Shown: positions 47,701-57,611 of the stretch, in pieces | Numbering within the stretch: position 1 is the stretch's first letter | Layout: every line of letters starts with the position of its first letter | Origin: Blastocladiella emersonii ATCC 22665 | Lineage: Eukaryota > Fungi > Blastocladiomycota | Direction: 5' to 3' | Length of the DNA stretch: 64,000 bases | Assembly (NCBI GenBank): GCA_025594325.1 | Contig: JANHCV010000009.1 | Span: 868,001-932,000, forward strand | The notes under the pieces: model-generated | Told to the model about the DNA's origin: nothing | Seen by the model: only the letters and a program-made list of their open reading frames with translations | Databases searched by the model: none | Position numbers and translations under genes: made by a program

Positions 47701-48996
47701 TCCTCCTCAACGCGCGACGAGACCCCGGCCCCCGAAACCCCGGTCGACCCGTTCCCAACCGTCGCGGTCCCGACCCTCGGCGGCGCGCCGCGCGCGGCCC
47801 CGCAGGGCCAGCTGCTCGTCGACGTCACGGACGCGTGCGTGTGGACGCTCGTCGGCGTGCAGCGGAGCGAGGTGCAGCTTTACGTTCCGCCGCCGCGCGC
47901 GGCGAGAACGCAGTGGATCAGCGTGCCGAGAGCCGGCGCTGCGGGACACGGCGAGGTGTCGCAGCACGCCGCGCGCGTCCGCGCCGGTGCCGGCGAATTC
48001 CCGAAAATTCCGGCGGGGGTGGATGCCGCGGGGATGCCGGTCCGCACGCGCCGGCACTCGATCAGAGAGCCCGAACTCGTCGGTCGCGCGGGGGCGAGCG
48101 AACGGCTCGTGCCCGCGCCGCCGCTCGAGGTCCCCGTGTGCGTCCCGCAGCTCGCGCGGATGCCGGTCGTCGACGCGGTGCACGTCGCGCCGGGGTCGAC
48201 CGCCGATTTCACGGATTTGCGGGCGCTGCGCACCCTGGTCCTCACGGGCCGCGGGTTCACCTCGGGGTTCCGCGCCGCAGTCGCGGATATCGTGCTGGAC
48301 CTCGCCGTCGCCTCACCCACCCACGCGACCATCGTGGTTCCGCCGTTCGCTGACCTCCTCGCGCGCATGTGGCAGCCGCTCGCCGAGGGTTCTGGGGATG
48401 GCGTCCAGCTCGCGCCGCGGTACGCCGCCCTCGCGGCCTCGCCCGCCCACGTGCACCGGCTCCTCGACGACGAGCGGACGGCGCTGATCGCGTCGTCGGC
48501 CGCGCGCAACGTCGCGGTCGTCGGCGTGCCGGGCGCGGGTGGCGCGGGCGCAGAGACGGCGCGCGCGTCGCAGCGGCTCGTCGGGCTCGAGGTCAAGCTG
48601 CCGCGGGTGCCCGGCCAGCTGGTGGGTGGGGAGGAGGGGCCGAGGGAGCGGCGGAGTAAGCGCGCGCAGCGGCCGGGCGCGGACGCGGCGGTCGTGCAGC
48701 ACTGGGCGTTGGCGAGCTCGCCTTCTTCAAGTTCACGGTCGATCGTTAGCGCGCCGTCGTCCGACTCGGCCATCGGGTCGAGCCAGGCCACGGTCCTGTC
48801 GCAGCCGCACCCGACAGCGCTCGATTTTGCGCCGTCGCGCGGAGCCGCAGACGTGACGCGTCCGGTCCTCCTCCTGCCCTTGACGCTAGTGCGTCGCGAC
48901 GGCGTGGTCGTCGAGACGGGCCGGCGTCTCGTGGTCCCGCTCGCGCCGCCGGAGTTGGAAGCGGCGGGGCGGGTAGTGCATCATGTGGAATTATAG
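44782..48996 (+). CDS. CSL: CSL (CBF1/Su(H)/LAG-1) family transcription factor, fungal type
   Basis: LAG1-DNA-binding motifs VAQKSYRHEKRFLCPPP and SPPIRVITKPNKRR. Beta-trefoil motifs GSTVALFMRIRAQCVATKYL, YGMTVVLVDPVTG...VVRRVD, DPVSQLHKMAL and WTLVG. C-terminal IPT-like LTGRGF...PLTLVRRDGVV. Long low-complexity inserts; apparently intronless. Confidence 0.93.
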   Translation: MDHHHAAAAADGFLPPHHHQQPTMLPTTTPWRTSAPASAASSAASSPSTSSFPPHPPPLPPPRPQPVTSFALATGDRLPHGDLSDAQLASLLGRRLDALAELHAPADLDLDDSASTTLTPLNASLTCQSGCWHAWSRQTSPTTAATDLAAWRSRWGVATAVAHTPVVAQKSYRHEKRFLCPPPTIELTGCPWFPTHPLATPGALGEAVAGVPSWLPPARTRDLPGVSVSMRNSSDVQDDPLAALSVEQQARDGGVFSQDLSSQPLPLEPALPAPTDAADVVRGECVHIGTLGWLGATPAPDAVLPPPPTDPVPSAEPARAVPAVAPAPPPPQQQLQPPMPVLTSLPPSALTRTTRAARQARAIPAAVAAKAAAAAAAARSGPRVRGSRKAWAEAPAAASSSTSADENGEPPVRDRDRPFGPGAKRTNAAATAPPAPPAPPQRIAKYTGHHPCGDVPSEAWAVRQLWVSDVEQKKSFRCVFTVHPPGPSQGAVYAEIASPPIRVITKPNKRRIAMAGPAPGPAVGAVIAGSTVALFMRIRAQCVATKYLAVGHARAVPGAAVAAVVERVHADMPAPVVLQLPNTTDVAAVTAVSYASPGPPLASALVHAAEQEVGGGPTVNLGGGGSFDPDPSRVAANFHTVRHVFPGATEPAAVEFLASPAAWAAFRIEVVDAVERKSKFMHLSRCADCACPAAAAAAPGSVVQYGMTVVLVDPVTGLKSRELVVRRVDRGAVAVVAEGLLLEDSVRGDGVAGAMTATATVAGTTTPVTGWPDILAAATTAAVTAASSRTSRGSSGSSNRAPSASPGPLASDTASTGSSTSTTTTTRSRAPAADPFTLHLHSDRCTLHPFPNHPWEVHVAQHHGPGGEPSDILPKIDPVSQLHKMALQLKDDPAYPGAFLALADGRIGIYRPPPAAVAFSALEASDVVYTAAAAGAAASGAEPGTSLASRGGARKRRSRASGGSTTSSHSSSGSSSTRDETPAPETPVDPFPTVAVPTLGGAPRAAPQGQLLVDVTDACVWTLVGVQRSEVQLYVPPPRAARTQWISVPRAGAAGHGEVSQHAARVRAGAGEFPKIPAGVDAAGMPVRTRRHSIREPELVGRAGASERLVPAPPLEVPVCVPQLARMPVVDAVHVAPGSTADFTDLRALRTLVLTGRGFTSGFRAAVADIVLDLAVASPTHATIVVPPFADLLARMWQPLAEGSGDGVQLAPRYAALAASPAHVHRLLDDERTALIASSAARNVAVVGVPGAGGAGAETARASQRLVGLEVKLPRVPGQLVGGEEGPRERRSKRAQRPGADAAVVQHWALASSPSSSSRSIVSAPSSDSAIGSSQATVLSQPHPTALDFAPSRGAADVTRPVLLLPLTLVRRDGVVVETGRRLVVPLAPPELEAAGRVVHHVEL

Positions 48997-49042
48997 ATAG
49001 AACGAACGGGTTGGTTGGTCTTTGGCATTCATTTACATCACA

Positions 49043-51156
49043 TCAATCGTCAGCATCGCGGCTTGCGACCTGCGCCACGGCCCCGCGGAGCAGCGACGCG
49101 AGCCCGTGCAGCGCGGCGCTGGTGGCCGCGTAGTCGTTGGCGTCGAGGTGCGGCATCGGCCCTTGGTCGACGACGGTCTCGACCTCGCCGTCGTGCTCGT
49201 CGGGCGGCAGGAACCGCACGGGCGCGCCGAACCCGTTGGGCGCGGTCGCCGGGGTGAACACGCCGAGGTGCTCCTGCACGTCGAACAGCGTGGTCATGGC
49301 CGAGTCGAGCGTGAAGGTCATCGGGGCGAGGAGCGGGCCGGCGGAACTGGGTTCGGACCACGATGGTGCCGCCGGCTCGTACGCCGCAGCAGCAGCGTCC
49401 GCCGCCGCAGACCAGGCAGCAGTTGCCGCAGCCGCGGCCGCCGACGACGCGAGCGCGGCCCAGTCGTACGACCAGTCGGTGATCGAGTACGGGTACCGCG
49501 CCTCGTTCTGCGGCGGCGACACGTCGAGGTACAGGTTGAGCGGGAGTGCGGGAGAAGGCGGGGGAGGCGGCGACGCGACGGCCGCGGCTACGGCGCGCAC
49601 CGAGTGCGCCAGGTTCTGGATGTGCGACGCGGCCGACGTCGGGACGCTGGTCGTCGAGGGGAACGGCGACGACAGGGTCGGGACGAGCGCCGGCGGGTGC
49701 TGGTGAAGGTGGTGCGGGTGGTGGTGCAGGTTCTGGTGCAGCGCGATCGGCGACAGGAGCAGGCGGCCGGACCGCGTGCGCTTGCACGGGGCGAAATGGC
49801 CGCTGCCGCCTCCGACCGCGAGTCCGTGCCCGTGGTGGTGAGGGCGGGGAACGGGCGCCGAGTGGTACCCGCGATCCGGTTCTTGGGGCGGTGGGGGCGG
49901 GGGCGGAGGTACGAGCTCCTCGGTGCCCGGCGGGACCAGGTCGAACGGCGACGACGGCGCCGTGACGGGCGTCGGCAGCTGCGGGTCGATGATGGACGTG
50001 GACGTGGTGGTGGTCACCGAGAGCGCCGCGGGCCGACGCCGGCGCGGCGGTTGCGCAGCCGCCAGAGCCGTAGCGGCCGACGCGGACGCGGACGCAGACG
50101 TGGTGCGGCGGCGCGAGCGCGACTTGGCCTGCGTCTGCGGTGGTTGCGGCGGGCTCGGTGCCGCCGCGACCACCGACGAAGGAGCCGGCGACGTCGCCGG
50201 CACCACGGGCGCGGGCGCCGCGGGCGGCGGGTCGAACGGCGACGAAGGCCGTATACGCGCGACGAGCAGTCGGATCTCGGGGTCGGTCAGCGGCGGCAGG
50301 TTGCGCTCGGCGCGGATGGCGTGGATGTTGGCGTAGGTGGCGTCGACGACGACCGCGTCCGTGTCCACGTCGTGCGGGGCGGCGAGCAGCTCGAGGCCGT
50401 GCTTGACGCGCAGGGCCTCCTTCTGGCGCATGTTCTGGAACCAGATGCGCACGCTGCGCTCGGGCCAGCCGAGGGTCTACGGGGTCGCGCGTTAGGGGTG
50501 GGTCGTGGAGAGGGGTAGAGGGAGGGTGCGTGCCTCGGCAATCACCTCGCGCGCCTCGCTGTCGGGCCGCTTGGCCTTGCTGAAGATGGTCGCGAGGTAC
50601 TAGCCCGAGCCACAGCGTCAGCGCGCGTGTGATCACTCGCCCGATCACACGACCGTACCCGTCGCTGCGCATCGCCCGTACGCTCGCGCATGCGGTTCCC
50701 CTTGGCCGTCCGGCCGACGCGCACGAGGGCGCCGGTCCCTGCGGTGCCGCCGGCGGTCGTACCCGAGGTGGCGGTCGACGACGAGTCGCCGCTGCCGCTC
50801 GACGACGCGGTCGTGGTGCGGGTACGCGTCCGCGGGCGCGCGCGCGTCGCCGGTTCGGGATCGCCGTCTCCATCTTCGAGGAACACGGCGGCGGCGGCAA
50901 TAGCATCGGCCGCGGCGGCCGGGTCCTCGGCCGCGCTGGCGGCGGTGGTGGAACGACGCGTCACGCGGCGCGCGGGTTCGGGCGAATCGTCGCCGCCCGC
51001 GAGGTCGTCGTGGCCGCCGAACAGGTGGAACAGGTCGTCGTCGTCAGGGTGCGGGAGGTGCGTGTCGGCGGCGCGCGTCTCGCTTGGCGCGGGCGGGGGC
51101 GGCGCGTCGGCGGTCGTTGCGCGAGACCGCGTTGACGCGCGGCGCTTCGACTTCAT
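49043..51156 (-). CDS. Homeodomain transcription factor, two introns inside the homeobox
   Basis: Spliced RMRERTGDAQRR|YLATIFSKAKRPDSEAREVIAE|TLGWPERSVRIWFQNMRQKE has exact homeodomain spacing. Introns 50600-50658 (GT-AG) and 50477-50533 (GC-AG). The start may extend upstream. Confidence 0.88.
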
Positions 51157-51885
51157 GGTGGTGGCGGTGGTGATGGCGAGCGTGATGAAGGTGGGGGTGG
51201 AGGAGAGAGAGCGCAGCGGCCGGGGGCAGATGGCGGCGAGTCGACCGCGTCAGGTGCACGCGCGCGTGGGTGAGGAACAAGTTCGGGCAGGTGCAGATGC
51301 GGGAAAGACCGGGAGCCGGCGCGCCGGCGTGGAGCGGGAAGGGCGGGGCGGGTGATCGGGGCCGTCGACGCGGTCGCACACACGGTGGAACATTCGAGCG
51401 AGCGAGGGCGGGCGGGGAGAGAGAGCGCCGCGGACACGGGGGCGGGTCCCCGCGAACAACCAGCACCCGGGTCTCTTGCCCATCCGGTCGGCCCCGGTGT
51501 CAGACATGCCCGGTGAGACGGTGATCGGTTGCCAGTGGCGAGTGCGCGAGTCTTGAGACCGAGATCGCGCACACGCGGGGGCCGTGGTCGTGGTCGGCGG
51601 CGGTGGTCTCGGTGCTGCGCCACACACTGTCGCTGCCCGCGGGCCGCCCGTGTCTCGGTTGCTCCATGTGCCGGGCGGTGTGGGCGCCGCGAGAACTCTC
51701 CCGCGGGGGAAACCGCCGAACGCGACGCAGCTGCACCACGACGCGTCTGTCAGGTGAGCCGGGTGCCACTCGTGTCGCACAGCCGGCTCCGTCTCCTGAG
51801 CCACTTTGCTCTCCGCGATCACCTCTCCCTGCCCCACCACTGAATGCATCGCTGACCCACGACGTAACCGACTCGACGCATCGGC

Positions 51886-54093
51886 ATGGAGGAGGAGCTC
51901 TCGACGCCCATGCGCACGCTGGCCGAGAGCCGCGCGCTCAAGTTCGTGTCGCCGCACTGGACCAACGTCGGCCCGCGCAAGCAGGACCTGCAGCTGCAGC
52001 GCGACGTCTTTGCCACGGGCCTCGCCCTCGCCGACGGCAAGCGCAGCAGCTTCGGCGCGTCCACCTCCTCGAATGCTCCGCCTGCTGCCGGCGAGAGACT
52101 CCCGCTGCGCCCCATCGGCGTGCAGGGCAACCGCACCGCTTCAGCTGCGGCCGCCGGTGCTGCAGCACCGAGCGCGCTCGAGGGCGCTCGCACAAGCGGC
52201 AGCAGCAAGTTCGCGTCCTCGACCGCCGCATCGCTCACCGCCCTCGCGGCCCAGCGCAACCGCGCTACCAACTTCCCGCCGCCCGTCTCGGGCATCGACC
52301 TGCACGCCCGCCCGCCACCGCCATCCTCCTCCTCCGCGGCGGCCCTGAGCGCCTCGCACCCGCCACCCAAGTCGGCGCCCGCCGCGCACGGGTTCAGCTG
52401 GGGCCCGCGCGACGACTATGACCCGCCCGCCGCCCCCTCCGCCGCCGCTGCGCCCCGCCACGAGCGGCAACCGAGCTTTCCGCCCGACACTGCCGCCGAC
52501 CGCATGGACCGCTCCGTGAACACGGACGAGCAGATGCTCTTGCGCTCGGGCAAAAAGTACGGGTACCGGAGCAGCAGCGCCACCAGCGTCTTCTCCGCCA
52601 CCGCCGGCAGCTCCGCCGGCGCCTACAACCAGCCGACCCCGCGGCCCGTCCCGACCGCCGCGCCGCACCCGTACCGCCACCCGCCACCACCCGCGCCGCC
52701 GCGCCCGACGTTGGGGGCGGTGCTCGCGCCCGTTGCCGCCCAAGTCTACGACGCGGCGCGCGCAGCTGTGCTCGGGGTGCGGTTCGCCGTGACCGTCGTG
52801 TACCTCGCGGTCCTGCTGATCCTCGACACGGCCGTCACCCGGCCCACCGCGTTCCTCCGCGCGCAACTCGGTGTCGCACTCGCGCGGTCGGTGTGGGCCG
52901 CGCTCGCGTTTTTCCTCCTCGCCATGTGGATGTACGACCCAAGCCTCGTCGACCAGCCGCCGAAACCCGCGGCGGCGTGGTCGCCCGACCAGCTCGCGCG
53001 CCTCGACGTCGCCGCCGAGAACGTGCACGCGTTCGCCCGCGAACTCGACCTGCTCGCGGCCGACCTCGTCGAGCGCGGCGCGCGGGCTAAGGTCAGTCTC
53101 GCCCTCGACACGCAGCCGCGGCTACGCGTGCCGGTCATCCCGACCCCGGTGTTTGTGGGGGATGAGGGGGGGAAGCGCGACCCCGTGCAGGACGCGCAGG
53201 ACCAGATCGAGCGGCTCCTGGCGTCGATGCTCGGCGAGTCGGCCGCGCAGCTCGAGCAGTCGATCCAGGCCGCCGAGGCCGCCGTCGTCCCGCCCGCTGT
53301 TGCGCGGATCGAGAGCGAGGTCAAGCAGTCGATCGCGTTCGTTCAGACGGCGGTCGAGGAGCTCGACGCCGCGGTGCTCCCGCTCGCCGCCGAGAACGCG
53401 CAGGCGCCCGAACCTGAACCCGCCATCCCCGCCACGGACGACGTCCCGCCCCCGCCGCCAATACCGCTCGCCAACTACGCCGCGACGACGTACGGCGCGC
53501 GGCCCGTCGCCTCTGCCACCTCGCCGACGTACCGCTTCCCCGTCACTCCGCGCTGGTACCTCCCTGCGTTTCTCGGGGTCACGGCGCGCGCACACCCGCC
53601 CGCCACCGCCCTCGCCACGTCGGCGGATGCTACGCTCGACCCGCTCGTCCCTGGCCGGTGCTGGGCCACCCCCGCCAACGCCGGCGACGCGCGGCTGACC
53701 GTGCACCTCGCGCGGCCCGCAAGGCCCGTCGCGATTGCGATCGCGCACCTCACGCGCGACAACGCGCCGCGCGGGGATGTCTCCTCGGCGCCGCGCGCGT
53801 TCCGCGTTCTCGGCCGGGTCCATCACCCGCACGGGCAGCGTGGTGGGGGGTATGCGGCGGAAGACTGGCGCGTCCTGGTGCGCGGCGAGTACGTCGCGGG
53901 CGACGTGGAACGGCAAGAGTGGCCCGTCGATATGCGGCGCGTGGTCGCGGACGAGAGCGCGAAGCTTGACCAGGTCCGGCTCGTGGTCGAGGAGAACCAC
54001 GGGAATACCGCGTTCACGTGTGTGTACCGCGTCGAGGTGCTCGCGCCCGCGGATGCGAGGGGGGATGGCGAGGAGGGGGAGGGGGTGGAGTGA
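51886..54093 (+). CDS. SAD1: SUN-domain nuclear envelope protein (Sad1/UNC-84 family)
   Basis: Disordered N-terminus, two hydrophobic segments and a coiled coil, then PGRCWA...LTVHLARP...IAHL...SSAPRAFRVLG...NHGNTAFTCVYRVEV (SUN domain). Confidence 0.92.
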   Translation: MEEELSTPMRTLAESRALKFVSPHWTNVGPRKQDLQLQRDVFATGLALADGKRSSFGASTSSNAPPAAGERLPLRPIGVQGNRTASAAAAGAAAPSALEGARTSGSSKFASSTAASLTALAAQRNRATNFPPPVSGIDLHARPPPPSSSSAAALSASHPPPKSAPAAHGFSWGPRDDYDPPAAPSAAAAPRHERQPSFPPDTAADRMDRSVNTDEQMLLRSGKKYGYRSSSATSVFSATAGSSAGAYNQPTPRPVPTAAPHPYRHPPPPAPPRPTLGAVLAPVAAQVYDAARAAVLGVRFAVTVVYLAVLLILDTAVTRPTAFLRAQLGVALARSVWAALAFFLLAMWMYDPSLVDQPPKPAAAWSPDQLARLDVAAENVHAFARELDLLAADLVERGARAKVSLALDTQPRLRVPVIPTPVFVGDEGGKRDPVQDAQDQIERLLASMLGESAAQLEQSIQAAEAAVVPPAVARIESEVKQSIAFVQTAVEELDAAVLPLAAENAQAPEPEPAIPATDDVPPPPPIPLANYAATTYGARPVASATSPTYRFPVTPRWYLPAFLGVTARAHPPATALATSADATLDPLVPGRCWATPANAGDARLTVHLARPARPVAIAIAHLTRDNAPRGDVSSAPRAFRVLGRVHHPHGQRGGGYAAEDWRVLVRGEYVAGDVERQEWPVDMRRVVADESAKLDQVRLVVEENHGNTAFTCVYRVEVLAPADARGDGEEGEGVE

Positions 54094-54226
54094 GTGTGAG
54101 GATTGGTATATATATGAACTTACACTTGCAGGACTGTGGCGATGGTGAGACAGGACGGGAAGGGATCCGCGGCGGCTCGCGCGCCAGCCGAAGGAAGGAG
54201 GCGTGAGCGCGAGATCACAGCACAGA

Positions 54227-54837
54227 TCACGGCCCGCTTGGGTCGGGCAGGTTGGCCAACGAAACAATGAGCTCCACCTCAATACTCTCAGCCGACGCGA
54301 TCGCAGGTTCCGCGACGAGAACGCTCGACATGAGGCAGTGCTCGTCCGCCACGCCGGGCTGGTCCATGGAGAGAAACATGACGCGCTTCTCAATGACCTG
54401 CTGATCCTCACGGCGAACCAGCTGGATCTCGCACTTGAGCGCGGACCGGGACAGCGCGCACGTCTCGAGAAACACGCTGAGCTCCCACGCGCCAAAGTTC
54501 GGGAACCGCGACGGCCGCATGAAGCCCTGGATGAACCCGCTGCCGAACCGCGTCGGGAGCCATTCGTCCTCGGTCAAGAACCCGTCTCGCCACAGAGAAA
54601 CGGCCGTGGCGGTGGGGAGGAAGTTGAATCGCAAGCGGCCGCCGGGGAGGATGGTGCGGCCTGCTGGGTCGCACACGAACAGGGTCTACGATGCGGCGAG
54701 TTGAGTTGCGCGGCATGCATGAGCTGGCATCGTGAATGTACGTTGAGTTGCGTCATCCCGTTGAACTCGGAGGAGAAGGCGTTTGAAGTTGCGGTTCAGG
54801 GCGAGTTGCTGCCCAGACGCATCATGGACACGATCAT
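54227..54837 (-). pseudogene. Single MATH-like domain gene, copy B (TGA at codon 14)
   Basis: Paralog of 54939-55525 with the same phase-0 intron before TLF...DPAGRT. TGA at 54796-54798 aligns with Trp in copy A. The MATH assignment is by eye and tentative. Confidence 0.6.
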
Positions 54838-54938
54838 GCTTGACGTTGAGAGGCAGGTGGAGTGAGGGGTGAGGTATGTACAGGAGGTTTATTGCGTATG
54901 ACAGACTCGGATCACATCGCGCATCACAGAGCAACGCA

Positions 54939-55525
54939 TCAGGCGAGCGAAACAACGAGCTCGACCTCGACGTTCTTGTGTGCGATCGCGGGTTCCTTGA
55001 CGACCACGCTCGACATGAGGCAGAACTCATCGATCATGCCCGGCTGGTCCATCGAGAGGAACACGACGCGCTTCTCGATCGGCTGTTGATCTTCCTTGTT
55101 CACCAGCTGGATCTCGAACTTGAGCACCGACGGCGTGTAGTCGCACGTCTCCAGGAACACGCCAAACTCCCACGCGCCAAAGTTCGGGAACCGCGACGGC
55201 CGCATGAAGACTTGGATGAAGCCGCCCCCGAGTCGTGTCGGCAGCCACTCGTCGTCGGTGATGAAGCCGTCTCGCCACAGGCTGTGCGACCCGGGGCCGG
55301 GGAGGAACTTGAAGCGGATGCTGCCGTTGGGAAGCGTGGTGCGGCCAGCGGGGTCGCGCTTGAACAGGGTCTATGGCAAGGGCTGAGGTGAGCTAATCGA
55401 TGTTCATGGGATTTCGTAGAGAGGCATACTTTGATTTCAGTCATGCCGTTCGCTGCAGTGAGGGAGGAGACGTCCATGGTCTCGTTCCAGGGCGACTTAC
55501 CGAGACACCGGTTGGACACGATCAT
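54939..55525 (-). CDS. Single MATH-like domain gene, copy A
   Basis: Exon 1 MIVSNRCLGKSPW...GMTEIK, intron ~55371-55429, exon 2 TLFKRDPAGRTTLPNG...WLPTRLGGGFIQVFMRPSRFPNFGAWEFGVFLE...VEVELVVSLA-stop. Confidence 0.65.
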
Positions 55526-55907
55526 GCTTTCCATCACGAAGCGAGAATCGCGAAAACTCATGTAATCTCGAAGAAAAATGACAAATCAGACTCAGGATCG
55601 AGACAAACTCAGTCCTCGTCATTTCGTACGCTGCTGTTACGTAGCCAGCAGCGTGGACGGAGCGCGATGGGGAAGCAGCGACGAGATACGACTACTGGGC
55701 ATCAACAACCGACAACCCTCGGATTTAATTACGGGAACCTAAATACTTCGCGTGTTTGAGGACGCGTTGTTCATATCTGCGTGATCACGGGTGCGGGGAT
55801 GAAGCGCGTTACTTTTCAGTCACCTTTTCTCAAGCTTACAAACGCAACTGCATTACAAAAATGTCCAAAACGTGCGCCTCACATTCAGCGCGAAAGCTGG
55901 TGATCGA

Positions 55908-56923
55908 TCAAGGTCTCTTGATCATCTTGGTCCGCTCTTCAAGCACTACAATGATCGCGTCCTTGCACGCGAGCGCGAGCTTTGAGCAGCGGAAAACCTC
56001 GGCAAGCTCGAGCGTGTCCAGAAGTACGTCGGCGTACTCGAGAACGTCAAGCGGAACCTTGAGCTTGTAAAAGGCTCTGTCGAGGAGGAACACACGGGAT
56101 AAGCAGGCGTCCAGCCCGAGTACAAATGGATCAGGGCAATGGCGAACGCGTCACGGCTCCAAGATTCAAACGTGACGGTGTTGTTAGACTCGGCCGGCAG
56201 TCCGGCAAGGAAGTCTGCGAAGTACGGAGAGCGCGAGGCGAGAAATTGGCGCGACGCGAGGATTGGTTCCGCTCCTTCGCTCACAATAATTTGCGTGTCA
56301 CAGCTCTCGTAATCATTGATACTCCAGAGTTCAGAACGGTTGAGTTCGGGGGAAGACACATGCGGCAAAGTAAGAGGTACGAATGGTACGGGCGGAAGAT
56401 CAAAGTTTGTCGCGGCCGACAAAGTCACCTTGATGTCGAAGTTGCCCCAGCCGGTGAAATCAGGGGGAGGAAACAAACGAGTTGCAAGAATGGCCGAGTC
56501 AGACATTTGGTTTCGCTTAATAAAGACGGTGCGGGACACGAAGACGCACCAGTCCTCTTTGAAAGCGTCGAGCAGGGTGATCTCGCATTTGATGTCGACG
56601 AGAAGCTCATCAACCAGTCCGACGTAAATACCAATCTCCCAGTCGCTCGTGCAGCATCCGTCATGAAAGGGCCGTATGAAGGCGTGGTACGTGCCCGAGC
56701 CAAGCTGAACAGGGAGGTACTCGTGTTCGGTTCTTGCTCCGAGGGACGTGACCATTTCGTCCAGGGTTCCGCCAAGGAACCGGTGCACCCAAGGGGAAGA
56801 AGATTCGCCGTCGACTGGGTTCGTGTAAACCGCGTGAAAAGCTTGCTGTGCAGGAGGGGAAACATGCAGGGATTTAGACCAAAATTGCAAGAGTACCCCG
56901 CTGACACGGACCTCGAGCTTCAT
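55908..56923 (-). pseudogene. MATH-like + BTB/POZ protein (SPOP-like architecture), frameshifted
   Basis: N-half aligns with copies A/B (EYLPVQLGSG...FIRP...WEIGIY...IKCEITL...DIKVTLS). BTB core DTQIIV...ILASRQFLASRSPYF...FAIALIHLYSG. The BTB tail LELAEVFRCSKLALACKDAI is in another frame (55908-56093) with no intron of normal size to explain the shift. Confidence 0.75.
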
Positions 56924-57611
56924 TTCATTTGATTATCGTGGTTCGACCGGGAGGAGCAGGAGCCAGCTTGGGACAAACAAGTTGTCGACTCGTTTGCTTC
57001 CGCTCGAGTTGCGGACGACAGAAGCGGACAGGCTCGCGCGACCGTCTGGAGAGGGCGCCCTTGAATGCAACCTGGAAGCACGATGCGTTTGGCACTCGCT
57101 CAGTTGAGCCGTAGTCGTCATCGTCGTCTAGTGTTCATGGCGATGACGTACTTGGAGTTTCTGTGTCGTCTGAGTTCAGCTTCCATGATTTTTCATTGAC
57201 GTATCGCGCAAGAGAAAGAGTTCCGCAAGCGCTTGCAGCAAGGTTGAGCGGTCGAGACACACTCTGGACACGGTCACGAGGGCTCCCGACGCGGCGATCG
57301 AACGCGGCGCGACGCGTCGTTCACATCGGCGTGACATCCGCGTGGGCGGCTGCAGGGCTGGCGGATGGCCGTTTCAGCCCATGTCGGGTCGGGTCCGACC
57401 GCGCCCCGGACCGCACGCATGTATCGAGCCCCCTGGGCAGCCCCTGACGCTCCAACCTGCTGCAACCGGCGCACGAGTCATCGCCTGTGACGCACTGCCG
57501 CCGCCCGCCCGCCCGCCCGATCCTTGCGAGCCGGCCGCCGAAGCTTCGACGCGCTCGCCGCCGACGCGCTACAACCACCACTCGCAAACCGCTCTCGCTG
57601 CACCCGATCGC

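Noticed and set aside
40334-53028. Long antisense and alternate-frame ORFs over real genes (e.g. 40334-41995, 46212-48353, 49022-50518, 49050-50906)
   Set aside because: Arg/Ala/Gly-rich shadows expected from high GC3 codon bias, with no recognisable motifs.
54796-54798. Genome-wide TGA=Trp recoding, suggested by TGA aligning with Trp
   Set aside because: Conserved genes here (POLD4, DCN1-like, CFAP418, SUN, homeobox) terminate at TGA at the expected positions; a TGG>TGA nonsense change is sufficient.
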